Origin: Alphaproteobacteria bacterium
GTDB taxonomy: Bacteria; Pseudomonadota; Alphaproteobacteria; UBA7887
DNA length: 64,000 bases
Assembly (NCBI GenBank): GCA_965216755.1
Contig: CBDCGL010000011.1
Coordinates: 1,632,001 to 1,696,000, forward strand
Direction: 5' to 3'
Each line of letters begins with the position of its first letter. Position 1 is the stretch's first letter. Positions 39,424 to 48,577 of the stretch are shown piece after piece. Both the position numbers and the translations under genes were made by a program. Under the pieces are notes generated by a model. That model made no database searches. It was not told the origin of the DNA and saw only the letters and a program-made list of their open reading frames with translations.

Positions 39424-40320
39424 GTGGCCCACATCATCGGTCACGGCAATGCGAAATATACGACCGGGACGCGACTCGCGACCAGCCGCGACCGCAATTG
39501 GCGCGGCGTGCTCGCCGAGCTTTGGCGACATGAAGAAGGCGATTTGGGAGAGGTCGAACCGCGCGACACGGAGATCATAGTGCTGATGGAGGGGCATGCG
39601 CGTACCCGTCGCCGTGGCGACGGCCGCCTGCAATATCACGACGCCAAGCCCGGAACGGTCTGGCTTTGCCCCGCCGGCATTCGCGAAGACATGATCCACA
39701 TTTATGGCCACATGCCCGAATGCTTGCACATGTATATTCCCGCGACCCCCCTTTCGCTCTCGGCCTTGGAAGAACTCAACCTCGATCCGGATAAAGTTGG
39801 CCTGCAATATGACGGCGGTTTTCATGACCCGCTAATCGAGCAAATCGGCCGCTCGATCCGTGGCGAATTGGTGCAGTCTGGTGTGGCGGACCGGCTTTTG
39901 GTGGAAACGCTGGCAACTGCCTTGGCCGTACAGATCCTGCGACAGCATTCCGGTCGCGCGCCAACATCGATGGCCTTGGCGCGGGCGCCGGGCGCCCTCG
40001 ACGCGCGCCGACTTGAAAAAATTCGCGATTATGTGGAGGCGCACTTGGAAAGCGACTTGGCATTGGACGAAATGGCGCGCCAAGTTTGCTTGAGTCCGTA
40101 CCATTTCGCACGCGCGTTTCGAGCCGCGACCGGCGTTCCGCCCCATCGCTACGTGATCACACAACGTATTGAGCGTGCAAAATATCTGCTCACCCAGAAA
40201 AGCTTGACCCTGGCGGACATCAGTTTGGCCTGCGGCTTTTCATCTCAAGCGCATTTCACGACGACTTTCAAGGCCGTTACTGGCACGACGCCGGGCGCGT
40301 ATCGCGCGTTAGTTGGCTGA
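39424..40320 (+). CDS. AraC family transcriptional regulator
   Basis: LSPYHFARAFR..TG.PPHRY, CGFSSQAHFT..FK..TG.TP; divergent from the Mo enzyme. Confidence 0.93.
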   Translation: MAHIIGHGNAKYTTGTRLATSRDRNWRGVLAELWRHEEGDLGEVEPRDTEIIVLMEGHARTRRRGDGRLQYHDAKPGTVWLCPAGIREDMIHIYGHMPECLHMYIPATPLSLSALEELNLDPDKVGLQYDGGFHDPLIEQIGRSIRGELVQSGVADRLLVETLATALAVQILRQHSGRAPTSMALARAPGALDARRLEKIRDYVEAHLESDLALDEMARQVCLSPYHFARAFRAATGVPPHRYVITQRIERAKYLLTQKSLTLADISLACGFSSQAHFTTTFKAVTGTTPGAYRALVG

Positions 40321-40396
40321 GCCGTTTCGTTCACATTTCGCGGCGCGGCACAAATAGCATTTGCAATTCCCGGTCGATCGTATACCGTCAAATATG

Positions 40397-40414
40397 TGTA
40401 AGTATATTCTTACA
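40397..40414. promoter_or_regulatory. Palindromic operator upstream of the VOC-GST genes
   Basis: TGTAAG-TATATT-CTTACA, a perfect 6-6-6 palindrome in an AT-rich patch about 50 bp before the ATG. Confidence 0.55.
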
Positions 40415-40465
40415 TTTTAGATGAACCCGCAAAACTGCAACAACGTACTCGGCAAGGAGGCAAGC

Positions 40466-40915
40466 ATGGGGTCGATTCCCGAAGGTTTTCACACTTTGAC
40501 ACCACATCTTTTCATCGACGGCGCCGGTGACGCCCTTGCCTATTACGAAAAGACGCTCGGTGCACAAACCGCCATGCGCATGGACATGCCAGGTACAAAC
40601 AAGGTCATGCATGCCATGATGCAAGTCGGCACATCGCGGATCTTTATTGCCGATCCAAACCCGGAATGGGGTCAGGAAGGTGCGTCGGGGCAATCGGCGA
40701 TCAGTTTTTATGTCTATGTCGACGATGCCGACGCCGCCTTCAAGCAAGCCGTTAATGGAGGCATGGCATCGAAATCTGAGCCCGAAGACATGTTTTGGGG
40801 CGATCGGACCGGCGTCGCCGTCGACCGCTATGGCATTTCGTGGACCTTCGCAACACACGTCCGCGACGTGCCAATGGAAGAGATGGCCGAAGCCATGAAA
40901 GCGATGGCCGGCTAA
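40466..40915 (+). CDS. VOC family protein (PhnB-like)
   Basis: IPEGFHTLTPHL, VMHA, DMFWGDR...DRYGISW; AAGGAGG RBS. Confidence 0.92.
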   Translation: MGSIPEGFHTLTPHLFIDGAGDALAYYEKTLGAQTAMRMDMPGTNKVMHAMMQVGTSRIFIADPNPEWGQEGASGQSAISFYVYVDDADAAFKQAVNGGMASKSEPEDMFWGDRTGVAVDRYGISWTFATHVRDVPMEEMAEAMKAMAG

Positions 40916-40949
40916 GTCATCACATATCCCGTTGCCAAATGAGGTTCAT

Positions 40950-41570
40950 ATGGCTCTTGAGATCATGGGGATTCCCCAGTCCAACACCACGCGCGCCGTA
41001 CGCATGGCGGCGCTGGAAAAAGGCGCCGCATTCGAATTCGTCATCGTCGCGCCACAATCGCCCGAAGCGCGCGAGTTCAACCCGCTCGGAAAGGTCCCGA
41101 TCATGCGGCATGACGGATTCATTTTGTGGGAGTCAGCCGCCATCGCCCGATATATCGACGCGACCTTTGACGGACCGCCTTTGATGCCATCGGATCCGCG
41201 TCAAGCCGCCGTTATCGAGCAATGGATCTCTATGATCACGACCGCTCTCGATATCGTGCTGGTGCGCAACTACGTGCTCGAATATCTGTTCAACAAAGAT
41301 GACGACGGCAATGTCGTCCGCGATTTGATCGACCGCAGCGTCAAGAAGTTCCCGATCCTGTTTGGCGCCATCGATAAAGCCGTCGCTGGCGGCTTCGTCG
41401 GCGGATCCGCCTTTACCCTCGGCGACTGCCATCTGGCACCGACCCTGGGAATCGCGCCACGTTTTCCGGAAAGCGGCGAGGAATTCGGAAAATACCCGGC
41501 GCTCGCCGACTACATGGCGCGGATCGGCGAACGCGCGAGCTTCAAGGACACGGCGCCGCCACCCTCTTGA
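40950..41570 (+). CDS. Glutathione S-transferase family protein
   Basis: NPLGKVP, LWESAAIARYID, FTLGD, RASFKDT. Confidence 0.92.
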   Translation: MALEIMGIPQSNTTRAVRMAALEKGAAFEFVIVAPQSPEAREFNPLGKVPIMRHDGFILWESAAIARYIDATFDGPPLMPSDPRQAAVIEQWISMITTALDIVLVRNYVLEYLFNKDDDGNVVRDLIDRSVKKFPILFGAIDKAVAGGFVGGSAFTLGDCHLAPTLGIAPRFPESGEEFGKYPALADYMARIGERASFKDTAPPPS

Positions 41571-41703
41571 TACGATAGCTGGCGTCGCTCCGGCGGCGCC
41601 GGCCGTTTCGGTTCGCAGGTCACCCTTGCCGCGGGCGCCGAGGTCGATGCGCATGAGATCGTGTAGCATCGGACCTTGGAATAGAGGGGGGGGCAAGACG
41701 ACT

Positions 41704-42435
41704 ATGGCCAACTCGATCGCGGTCCTTGGTGTGGGTGCCAGGAACGGGCTAGGCGCCGGCATTGCACGGCGATTCGCACAAGGCGGCTTCACCGCGTTTG
41801 TCGGCGGGCGGAATAGAGCCCGGCTGGAGACCGTCGCCGCCGAGATCGCCGATGAAACGGGTCAAAACGTTGTGGCCATACCGGTCGACGTGACCGACCG
41901 TGCTCAGGTGGTCGCATTTCTCGACCAGGTCGAGGCGGCAACCGGCGTACCCGACGTGATCTCTTACAATGCCGGCAACAATCGCCACATCCCGCTCTTG
42001 GAAACCGAGCCCGACACGTTCGAAGAGTTTTGGCGCGTGTGTTGCTATGGTGGTTTTCTGGTCGGTCAGGAAGCCGCGCGCCGGATGTTGCCGCGTGGGA
42101 CCGGAACCATTCTGTTCACGGGGGCGTCGGCAAGCCGTCGCGGACGCCCGGGATTCGCACACTTCGCCGCCGGCAAGGCGGGGCTCAAATCCATCGCCGA
42201 AGCCATGGCGCGTGAATTTGGGCCCCAGGGGCTGCACATCGCCCATGTTATTGTCGACGGCGGCATCAATGGCGAACTGCTGCGCAGTCGCCGCCCCGAC
42301 ATCGCCGCGCAACGCGGCGAAGATGGCCTGATCACTATCGACGGCATTGCCGAGACATTTTGGCAGCTACATAATCAGGACAAGACCGCGTGGACCTTCG
42401 AAACCGAACTCAGACCTTACAAAGAGGCGTTTTGA
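41704..42435 (+). CDS. Atypical short-chain dehydrogenase/reductase
   Basis: GVGARNGLG, YNAGN, FTGASAS.RG, FAAGK (F in place of the catalytic Y), WTFETELRP. Confidence 0.9.
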   Translation: MANSIAVLGVGARNGLGAGIARRFAQGGFTAFVGGRNRARLETVAAEIADETGQNVVAIPVDVTDRAQVVAFLDQVEAATGVPDVISYNAGNNRHIPLLETEPDTFEEFWRVCCYGGFLVGQEAARRMLPRGTGTILFTGASASRRGRPGFAHFAAGKAGLKSIAEAMAREFGPQGLHIAHVIVDGGINGELLRSRRPDIAAQRGEDGLITIDGIAETFWQLHNQDKTAWTFETELRPYKEAF

Positions 42436-42465
42436 GCCACGTCTGATCGCGCCGAACTCTCCTCA

Positions 42466-43239
42466 TCAGACAACGGGCGACGCGCCGCCATCCAGGTTCA
42501 CCGACGCGCCGGTAACAAACGACGCGCGGTCCGAAACGAGGAAGGCAACGAGATCGGCATAGTTTTCGGCTTCGCCCACGCGCCCCAAAGGGATGCCGGC
42601 AGCCATTTCTTGGTAGAGCTCTTCAACTGGACGATCGCCCGCGCGTCGCTCCCATTGGGCGCTTTTGATCAAGCCGATACAGATCGTGTTGACCCGTATG
42701 TTGGCGGACGCATATTCCTGAGCCAATGACTTGGTCAGGTTGATGCCTGCGGCGCGCGTCACACTGGTTGGCAAGACGCGCGCGGGCGGCGCCTTACCGC
42801 CGACAATCGTCGCATTAACGACACTGCCACCTCCGCGTTCGCGCATGATCGGCAGAGTGCGCCGGCACATGCGCACCACGGCCATGATTTTTAGATCGAA
42901 ATCTTCCTGCCAACCAACATCGTCGGTGGCCTCCAAACCCGCGGCGGCGGACCGACCGGCATTGTTGACGACAATGTCCACACCACCGAACCTGGCCACC
43001 GTCTCGTCCACCAGCGCATCGATTTCAGCGGCGATCGCAACGTCGGCGCGCACGGGGTGCACCATACCGCCGGTATCGGCCGCGATCGCTTTCGCCGATG
43101 CCGCCAAGTGATCGCCGCGACGCGCGCAGCTGACCACCTTGCACCCCTCGCTCGCCAAGCGCGCGACTGTTGCCCGCCCCAAGCCGTCGCTCCCGCCGGT
43201 CACAATCGCTACACGGTCCTTCAAACCAAGATCGAACAT
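42466..43239 (-). CDS. Short-chain dehydrogenase/reductase
   Basis: MFDLGLKDRVAIVTGGSDGLG, VNNAG, IPLGRVG, VTG..VNLDGG; GGAGGG RBS. Confidence 0.92.
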   Translation of the reverse strand: MFDLGLKDRVAIVTGGSDGLGRATVARLASEGCKVVSCARRGDHLAASAKAIAADTGGMVHPVRADVAIAAEIDALVDETVARFGGVDIVVNNAGRSAAAGLEATDDVGWQEDFDLKIMAVVRMCRRTLPIMRERGGGSVVNATIVGGKAPPARVLPTSVTRAAGINLTKSLAQEYASANIRVNTICIGLIKSAQWERRAGDRPVEELYQEMAAGIPLGRVGEAENYADLVAFLVSDRASFVTGASVNLDGGASPVV

Positions 43240-43408
43240 TGCCCCTCCTTGTTCCCAAGCGCCCCATCGCGCGCATTCCCAACACGCTATTCGATACGAT
43301 GCGTGGACGAAACACACGCCGCTCCATTCACACACGCAATCGTTTCCACTCCGGCGATTACAACGTTAGAATTTCATCCTAATTGCCAGAGATCATAAGA
43401 GTCGGCCA

Positions 43409-46400
43409 ATGTCAGACATAGCCGCATGGCTCAAGGAATTGGGACTCGGCCAATATGCGGACGTCTTCGTCCGCGAAGAGATCGATTTCGACGCGTTGCC
43501 ACATGTCACTGCAGACATATTAAAGGATATCGGGCTACCGGCCGGGCCGCGTTTGAAAATACTCGCGGCCGTCAAAGGATTGCAAGATGCCAGGCCGGAG
43601 TCGCCCGCGCCGCCACCACGGCTGGCGGAGCGACGCCAGATCACGGTCATGTTCTGCGACCTGGTCGGCTCGACGGCGTTGTCCGAACAGCTTGATCCGG
43701 AAGACTTACGCGATTTGATGCAGGCCTACCAAAAGGCCTGTGGGGCTGTCATTGAGCGCTATGGCGGCCATGTCGCGCAGTATTTGGGTGATGGCCTGAT
43801 GACCTATTTCGGCTGGCCGCAGGCGCACGAAGACGATGCCGAACGTGCCATTCGCGCCGGGCTGGATATCGTCGGGGCAGTCAAAAACGTGACAGCGCCC
43901 GCGCCCTTGCAAGTGCGGGTCGGCGTCGCGACGGGGCCGGTGGTGGTCGGCGAGACCGGGTCCGGCGACGCCTCGGTGCCCAAGCTGGCGGTCGGCGAAA
44001 CGCCCAACCTCGCGGCGCGTGTGCAGGGCCTCTCTGACTCCGACCATGTGGTGATCGGCCCAACCACGCGGCGCTTGGTCGGCGGCACGTTCGATCTCGA
44101 TGACCTCGGCGCGCACACGCTGAAAGGCATCGTCGAACCGGTGCAGGCGTGGCGGGTGACCGGCGTTGCCCAGACCGAAGGTCGGTTTGAGGCACGCGGC
44201 GGCCATTTGACGCCCTTTGTCGGCCGCGACGCCGAAATCGCCATGATCATGGACCGCTGGCAGCAAGCCAAGGCGGGCGAAGGCCAAGTCGTGTTGCTGT
44301 GCGGCGAGCCGGGTATCGGCAAGAGCCGCATCACCCAAGTGCTCCGTGAACGTTTCGCCGATGAGCCGCACACGCGGTTGCGCTACCAATGCTCACCCTA
44401 CTACACGAATTCGGCATTGTATCCGGTGATCGAGCAGCTCGAGCGCGCAGCGGGATTCGGCCGCGACGACACAGCCGCGCAGAAGTTGGACAAGCTGGAA
44501 ACATTGCTCAGTCTGTCTGCCGACGATGTCAAGACGGTCGCGGCGCTGTTCGCGCCCCTGCTCAGCATCGACTCCGGCGCGCGATATTCGGCCTTGAACC
44601 TGAGCCCGCAGAAACAGAAGGAATTGACCCTGCAGGCGCTGTCCGATCAAGTCGTGGGGCTCGCCGCCGCGCAGCCCTTGCTGATGATCTTCGAAGACGC
44701 CCATTGGATTGACCCGACGACGCAGGAGTCGCTTGAGCTCATCGTGCCCGCGATTGCCGGCCACCGCGCGTTGGTGGTGGTCACCTATCGCCCGGAATAT
44801 GAACCGCCGTGGACCGGTCTTGGCCACATAACGCCACTGACATTGACCCGGCTTGGCAAAGCCAACGCCACGGCGATGGTGGAGCGTGTAACCGGCGGCC
44901 GAGTCTTGCCTGATGAAGTTCTCGACCAAATCGTCGCCAAGACCGACGGCGTGCCGTTGTTTGTGGAGGAATTGACCAAGACGGTCATCGAAAGCGGCGT
45001 GGTGACAGCTGAAGAAGACCGCTACGTGCTTGCGGGCACGCTGACGGACATCACCATTCCATCGACCCTTCAAGATTCCTTGATGGCGCGCCTGGATCGT
45101 TTGAGCCCGGTCAAAGAAACCGCCCAGATCGGAGCGTGCATTGGGCGCGAGTTCTCGTACGAACTCCTCGCCGCCGTTTCGCCTCTGCGCGACAATGAAC
45201 TTCAAGTTGCGTTGCAGCAGCTGATTAATAGCGAGCTTATTTTCCGCTCGGGCACTTCTCCGGCGGTGCGTTACACGTTCAAGCATGCTCTTGTTCAAGA
45301 CACGGCGTACGGAAGCTTGCTGCGAGACAACCGTCGACAGCTTCATGTTCGGATCGCGGAAATGCTCGAGAAAAATATCCCGGATGTGCTTGAGACAAAG
45401 CCGGAGCTCGTGGCGCATCATTTGACCAGAGCGAGCGCGATAGATAGAGCTGTGCCTTTGTGGCTGGAAGCAGGCAACCAATCGCGTGAGCAACATGCGC
45501 ATCTCGAAGCGCTAGAACACTTGAAAACCGGGCTAAATCTGGTCAAACAACTTCCAGAATCGGTCGCACGTGATCGCACTGCGCTTGAGTTCCACATGGC
45601 CATGGCATCTTCGCATTGCGCAACATCTGGCTGGGCATCGAACGATGCAAAGGTAGCCTATGACCACGCCAAGGAAATTATAGAGCGACTTGGCGGCGAC
45701 GACAGTCAATTCGACATGCTAGTCGGCATGTTCTATTTCTATAACGTTGGCGGATTTCACGATGACGCTGTTCCACTTATTTTTGAAGCGGTTCGTGTTC
45801 TCGAGTCTGACCCAACGGACTATCGGAGAACGGTCGGCTACCAAGCATACGGACAAAGCCATCTTTGGCGCGGTGACTTTGCTCGGTCGACGGAATATTT
45901 TGAACGATCGATGTCTGCATATGAAGCGAATACTGATCGTGGTTTTTTGAATCAGTGGGGCGCTGACTTTTTCTCGTCGGACCTGTGTTTTCTCGGAATT
46001 GCGTATTGGGCATTGGGCTATCCGGACCGCGCCCGGGCTGCGAGCCAAAAGAGCTACGATCACGTGCGCGGGCTCGATCGCGCCCATCACCTTGCCTGGA
46101 CCGAGGGGACAGCGCCCTTCGGTCTGTTGGTCCAGCACCGATTTGAGGAAGCGAAATCCTGGTCCCGGCATGGCCGAAATTTGGCTCAAGAAATTGACTT
46201 TGACTTCATCTATGCATCGGCGACGATCTCGGAAGGCTGTGCCCGCATTGGCCTTGGCGAGTATGAAGAGGGAGCTGCCCTATTGGTTCACGGAATAGAT
46301 TCGTGGGGGGACCTTGGCGGCCGCGTTCAGGTGCCGCACGCGCGCACATTCCTTGCCTTATCCCTTGCCAAACGTGCGCGCTTTGACGAGGCTCTTGACC

Positions 46401-46738
46401 AACTTTCACTTGGGCTCGGCCAAGCTAAAGATGGGGGCGAGCATTGGACCGATGCGATCCTGCTTCGTGCGCGAGGCGAAATTTTCTGCAGCCTAGGCGA
46501 AACGGATCCGGCGGCTGAGGCATATAGGGAGGCCGTTGCGGTAGCCCGTGAACAGGGAGCAACAGGGTTTGAGTTGCCAGCCGCCACGTCTCTTGCTCGC
46601 CTATGGCAATCCCAGGGAAAACATCAGCAGGCTTACGACATGTTGGCACCCGTCTACGGATGGTTTACAGAAGGGTTCGACACCAAGGACCTGACAGACG
46701 CGAAAGCCCTGTTGGAAGAGCTGCAAGGTGCGTTGTGA
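43409..46738 (+). CDS. SAM + class III adenylate/guanylate cyclase + AAA/STAND-like ATPase + TPR protein
   Basis: WLKELGLGQY...IGLPAGPRLKIL SAM; FCDLVGST, YLGDG, NLAAR cyclase; GEPGIGKS Walker A, FEDAHW; C-terminal WFTEGFDT.DL. Confidence 0.95.
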   Translation: MSDIAAWLKELGLGQYADVFVREEIDFDALPHVTADILKDIGLPAGPRLKILAAVKGLQDARPESPAPPPRLAERRQITVMFCDLVGSTALSEQLDPEDLRDLMQAYQKACGAVIERYGGHVAQYLGDGLMTYFGWPQAHEDDAERAIRAGLDIVGAVKNVTAPAPLQVRVGVATGPVVVGETGSGDASVPKLAVGETPNLAARVQGLSDSDHVVIGPTTRRLVGGTFDLDDLGAHTLKGIVEPVQAWRVTGVAQTEGRFEARGGHLTPFVGRDAEIAMIMDRWQQAKAGEGQVVLLCGEPGIGKSRITQVLRERFADEPHTRLRYQCSPYYTNSALYPVIEQLERAAGFGRDDTAAQKLDKLETLLSLSADDVKTVAALFAPLLSIDSGARYSALNLSPQKQKELTLQALSDQVVGLAAAQPLLMIFEDAHWIDPTTQESLELIVPAIAGHRALVVVTYRPEYEPPWTGLGHITPLTLTRLGKANATAMVERVTGGRVLPDEVLDQIVAKTDGVPLFVEELTKTVIESGVVTAEEDRYVLAGTLTDITIPSTLQDSLMARLDRLSPVKETAQIGACIGREFSYELLAAVSPLRDNELQVALQQLINSELIFRSGTSPAVRYTFKHALVQDTAYGSLLRDNRRQLHVRIAEMLEKNIPDVLETKPELVAHHLTRASAIDRAVPLWLEAGNQSREQHAHLEALEHLKTGLNLVKQLPESVARDRTALEFHMAMASSHCATSGWASNDAKVAYDHAKEIIERLGGDDSQFDMLVGMFYFYNVGGFHDDAVPLIFEAVRVLESDPTDYRRTVGYQAYGQSHLWRGDFARSTEYFERSMSAYEANTDRGFLNQWGADFFSSDLCFLGIAYWALGYPDRARAASQKSYDHVRGLDRAHHLAWTEGTAPFGLLVQHRFEEAKSWSRHGRNLAQEIDFDFIYASATISEGCARIGLGEYEEGAALLVHGIDSWGDLGGRVQVPHARTFLALSLAKRARFDEALDQLSLGLGQAKDGGEHWTDAILLRARGEIFCSLGETDPAAEAYREAVAVAREQGATGFELPAATSLARLWQSQGKHQQAYDMLAPVYGWFTEGFDTKDLTDAKALLEELQGAL

Positions 46739-46774
46739 CGTGTGTTGAACACGCACCCGCATTTAAAAAAGCTG

Positions 46775-47576
46775 GTCGTGGCCGGGCTTGACCCGGCCAC
46801 AAGTAGACACCGCAGTCGCTGGGCAAGCGGAAGTGATGGCGGTGGGCGGCGCCCCACCAATCTAGGTTCGCGTTTACTTGCCCACGGGTCAGGCCCGTGG
46901 GCGACGGGTGAGTTAGATGCGCTCGCACCACAAACAAAACTGGTCGTGGCCGGGCTTGACCCGGCCACTAATAGACACCGCAGGCGCTGGGCAAGCGGAA
47001 GTGCTGGCGGTGGGCGGTGCCCCACCAATCTAGGTGCGCGTTTACTTGCCCACGGTCAGGCCCGTGGGCGACCATCGAGTGAAACGCGGTTGTGCCGTAA
47101 ATATGTCTGGTCGTGGCCGGGCTTGACCCGGCCACAAGTAGACACCGTAGGCGCTGGGCAAGCGGAAGTGCTGGCGGTGGGCGGTGCCCCACCAATCTAG
47201 GTGCGCGTTTACTTGCCCACGGTCAGGCCCGTGGGCGACCATCGAGTGAAACGCGGTTGTGCCGTAAATATGTCTGGTAGTGGCCGGGCTTGACCCGGCC
47301 ACAAGTAGACACGGGCGGCGCTGGGCAAACAGAAGTGATGGCGGTGGGCGGCGCCCCACCAATCTAGGTTCGCGTTTACTTGCCCACGGGTCAGGCCCGT
47401 GGGCGACCATCGAGTGAAACGCGGTTGTGCCGCAAATATGTCCGGTCGTGGCCGGGCTTGATCCGGCCACTAATAGACACCGCAGGCGCTGGGCAAACAG
47501 AAGTGATGGCGGTGGGCGGCGCCCCACCAATCCACGGGTAGTGTCACCTAACCCACGGGTCAAGCCCGTGGGCGAC
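46775..47576. repeat. Tandem array of five REP-doublet (REPIN/BIME-like) units, period 167-168 bp
   Basis: Units start at 46775, 46943, 47110, 47277 and 47445 with GTCGTGGCCGGGCTTGACCCGGCCAC; each later carries the inverted CCCACG(G)GTCA(G/A)GCCCGTGGGCGAC. Confidence 0.93.
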
Positions 47577-47614
47577 GGCCGCGTTGAGAATGGCCGACGC
47601 GGCGATCGCGGTGC

Positions 47615-48226
47615 CTATGTCTCCTTTACAAACCCAAAAAAGATATTGAACACGTAGCGTTCAACATTGCAGGGCAGGCTTCTGTGCGCGTGAGTCCACA
47701 CCGCCGGAAAGATCACGGCACGGCCTTCGACTGGTTTCACCTTAAGATCTTGCTGGGGAAACTCCAGCTCGCCACCAGCGGATACCGTGTTGAGGAACAT
47801 GATAAAGGTGACGTGCCGGTGCGTTAGGTCGGGCCACGCGGCGTCGGAATGGACGGCGTGATAGGCCTGCCCGGGCCGATAGCGAAGAATGCTGTACCCT
47901 TCCGGCATGGCGAAGAGAGGGACGTCGCCAGCGTGTTTGCGCTCGGTCGTGTAGTGGTTAAGACAATCCTGCGCGAAAGCAAGAACCGGTTCATGGTCCA
48001 CGGGCGGGGCTTCACCGCGATAATAGATCTGATCGGAATCACGACTGTAAGTATTGACACCGCCAACTGTCAGCGATTGGTTCCAACGGCTGGACCGATT
48101 TACATTATGGATGATCTCAGGACACCCGGTAGAGTCCAACATTTGGTATTGGCACACAAAATTATCGAGCCAGACGGGCGTCGCCGGAACAGCCGCCTCG
48201 TTTAAATGTGCTTCTGCGAGTGTCAC
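47615..48226 (-). CDS. 2OG-Fe(II) oxygenase (prolyl 4-hydroxylase-like)
   Basis: YRPGQAYHAVHSD (HxD), FLN...GGELEF, IFPA.WTHAH, ERY; GTG start with AAGGGG RBS. Confidence 0.88.
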   Translation of the reverse strand: MTLAEAHLNEAAVPATPVWLDNFVCQYQMLDSTGCPEIIHNVNRSSRWNQSLTVGGVNTYSRDSDQIYYRGEAPPVDHEPVLAFAQDCLNHYTTERKHAGDVPLFAMPEGYSILRYRPGQAYHAVHSDAAWPDLTHRHVTFIMFLNTVSAGGELEFPQQDLKVKPVEGRAVIFPAVWTHAHRSLPCNVERYVFNIFFGFVKET

Positions 48227-48577
48227 GTTTCATCCCCTTCTCGCTAAAGACTGGGTCTCGTTGGCCTGTCAATCCAAGTTCCCACCATTATCGTCGAAAG
48301 AATCGCGACGACCAGACGCAGATTGCGATAAAGATCCCGTAGAACTCACCGACTCAGGGTATCTAAATCTCAATTTAGGAATGTTTATAAGTGACTAGAT
48401 TTTGTTGGTTTTTCGATCCGGTAAACTGCCTGAACTCTCCCGCAATTCGACTATGAGGTTGTCGCAAGCAGGAAGACTTCGGCGCGCCGCTCCAATTCTC
48501 TGGACGGCCAGTGGCTGGTGTTTCGCGGCCATTTCACGACCGTCGGCTGGTTCGGCTGCCGTGATCTATGAGTGCAA

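Noticed and set aside
41362-41703. Long N-terminal extension of the SDR, and similar extensions at 4806, 8479, 39319, 43335 and 62622
   Set aside because: They overlap neighbouring genes or lack motifs, and downstream ATGs fit family N-termini or RBS positions better.
46775-47576. Possible CRISPR array
   Set aside because: The period is 167-168 bp, the sequences between palindromes are nearly identical rather than unique spacers, and there are no cas genes in the window.
46654-47657. Several ORFs on both strands inside the repeat array
   Set aside because: They are translations of the DNA repeat; 1-bp indels between units break the frames, which argues against coding selection.
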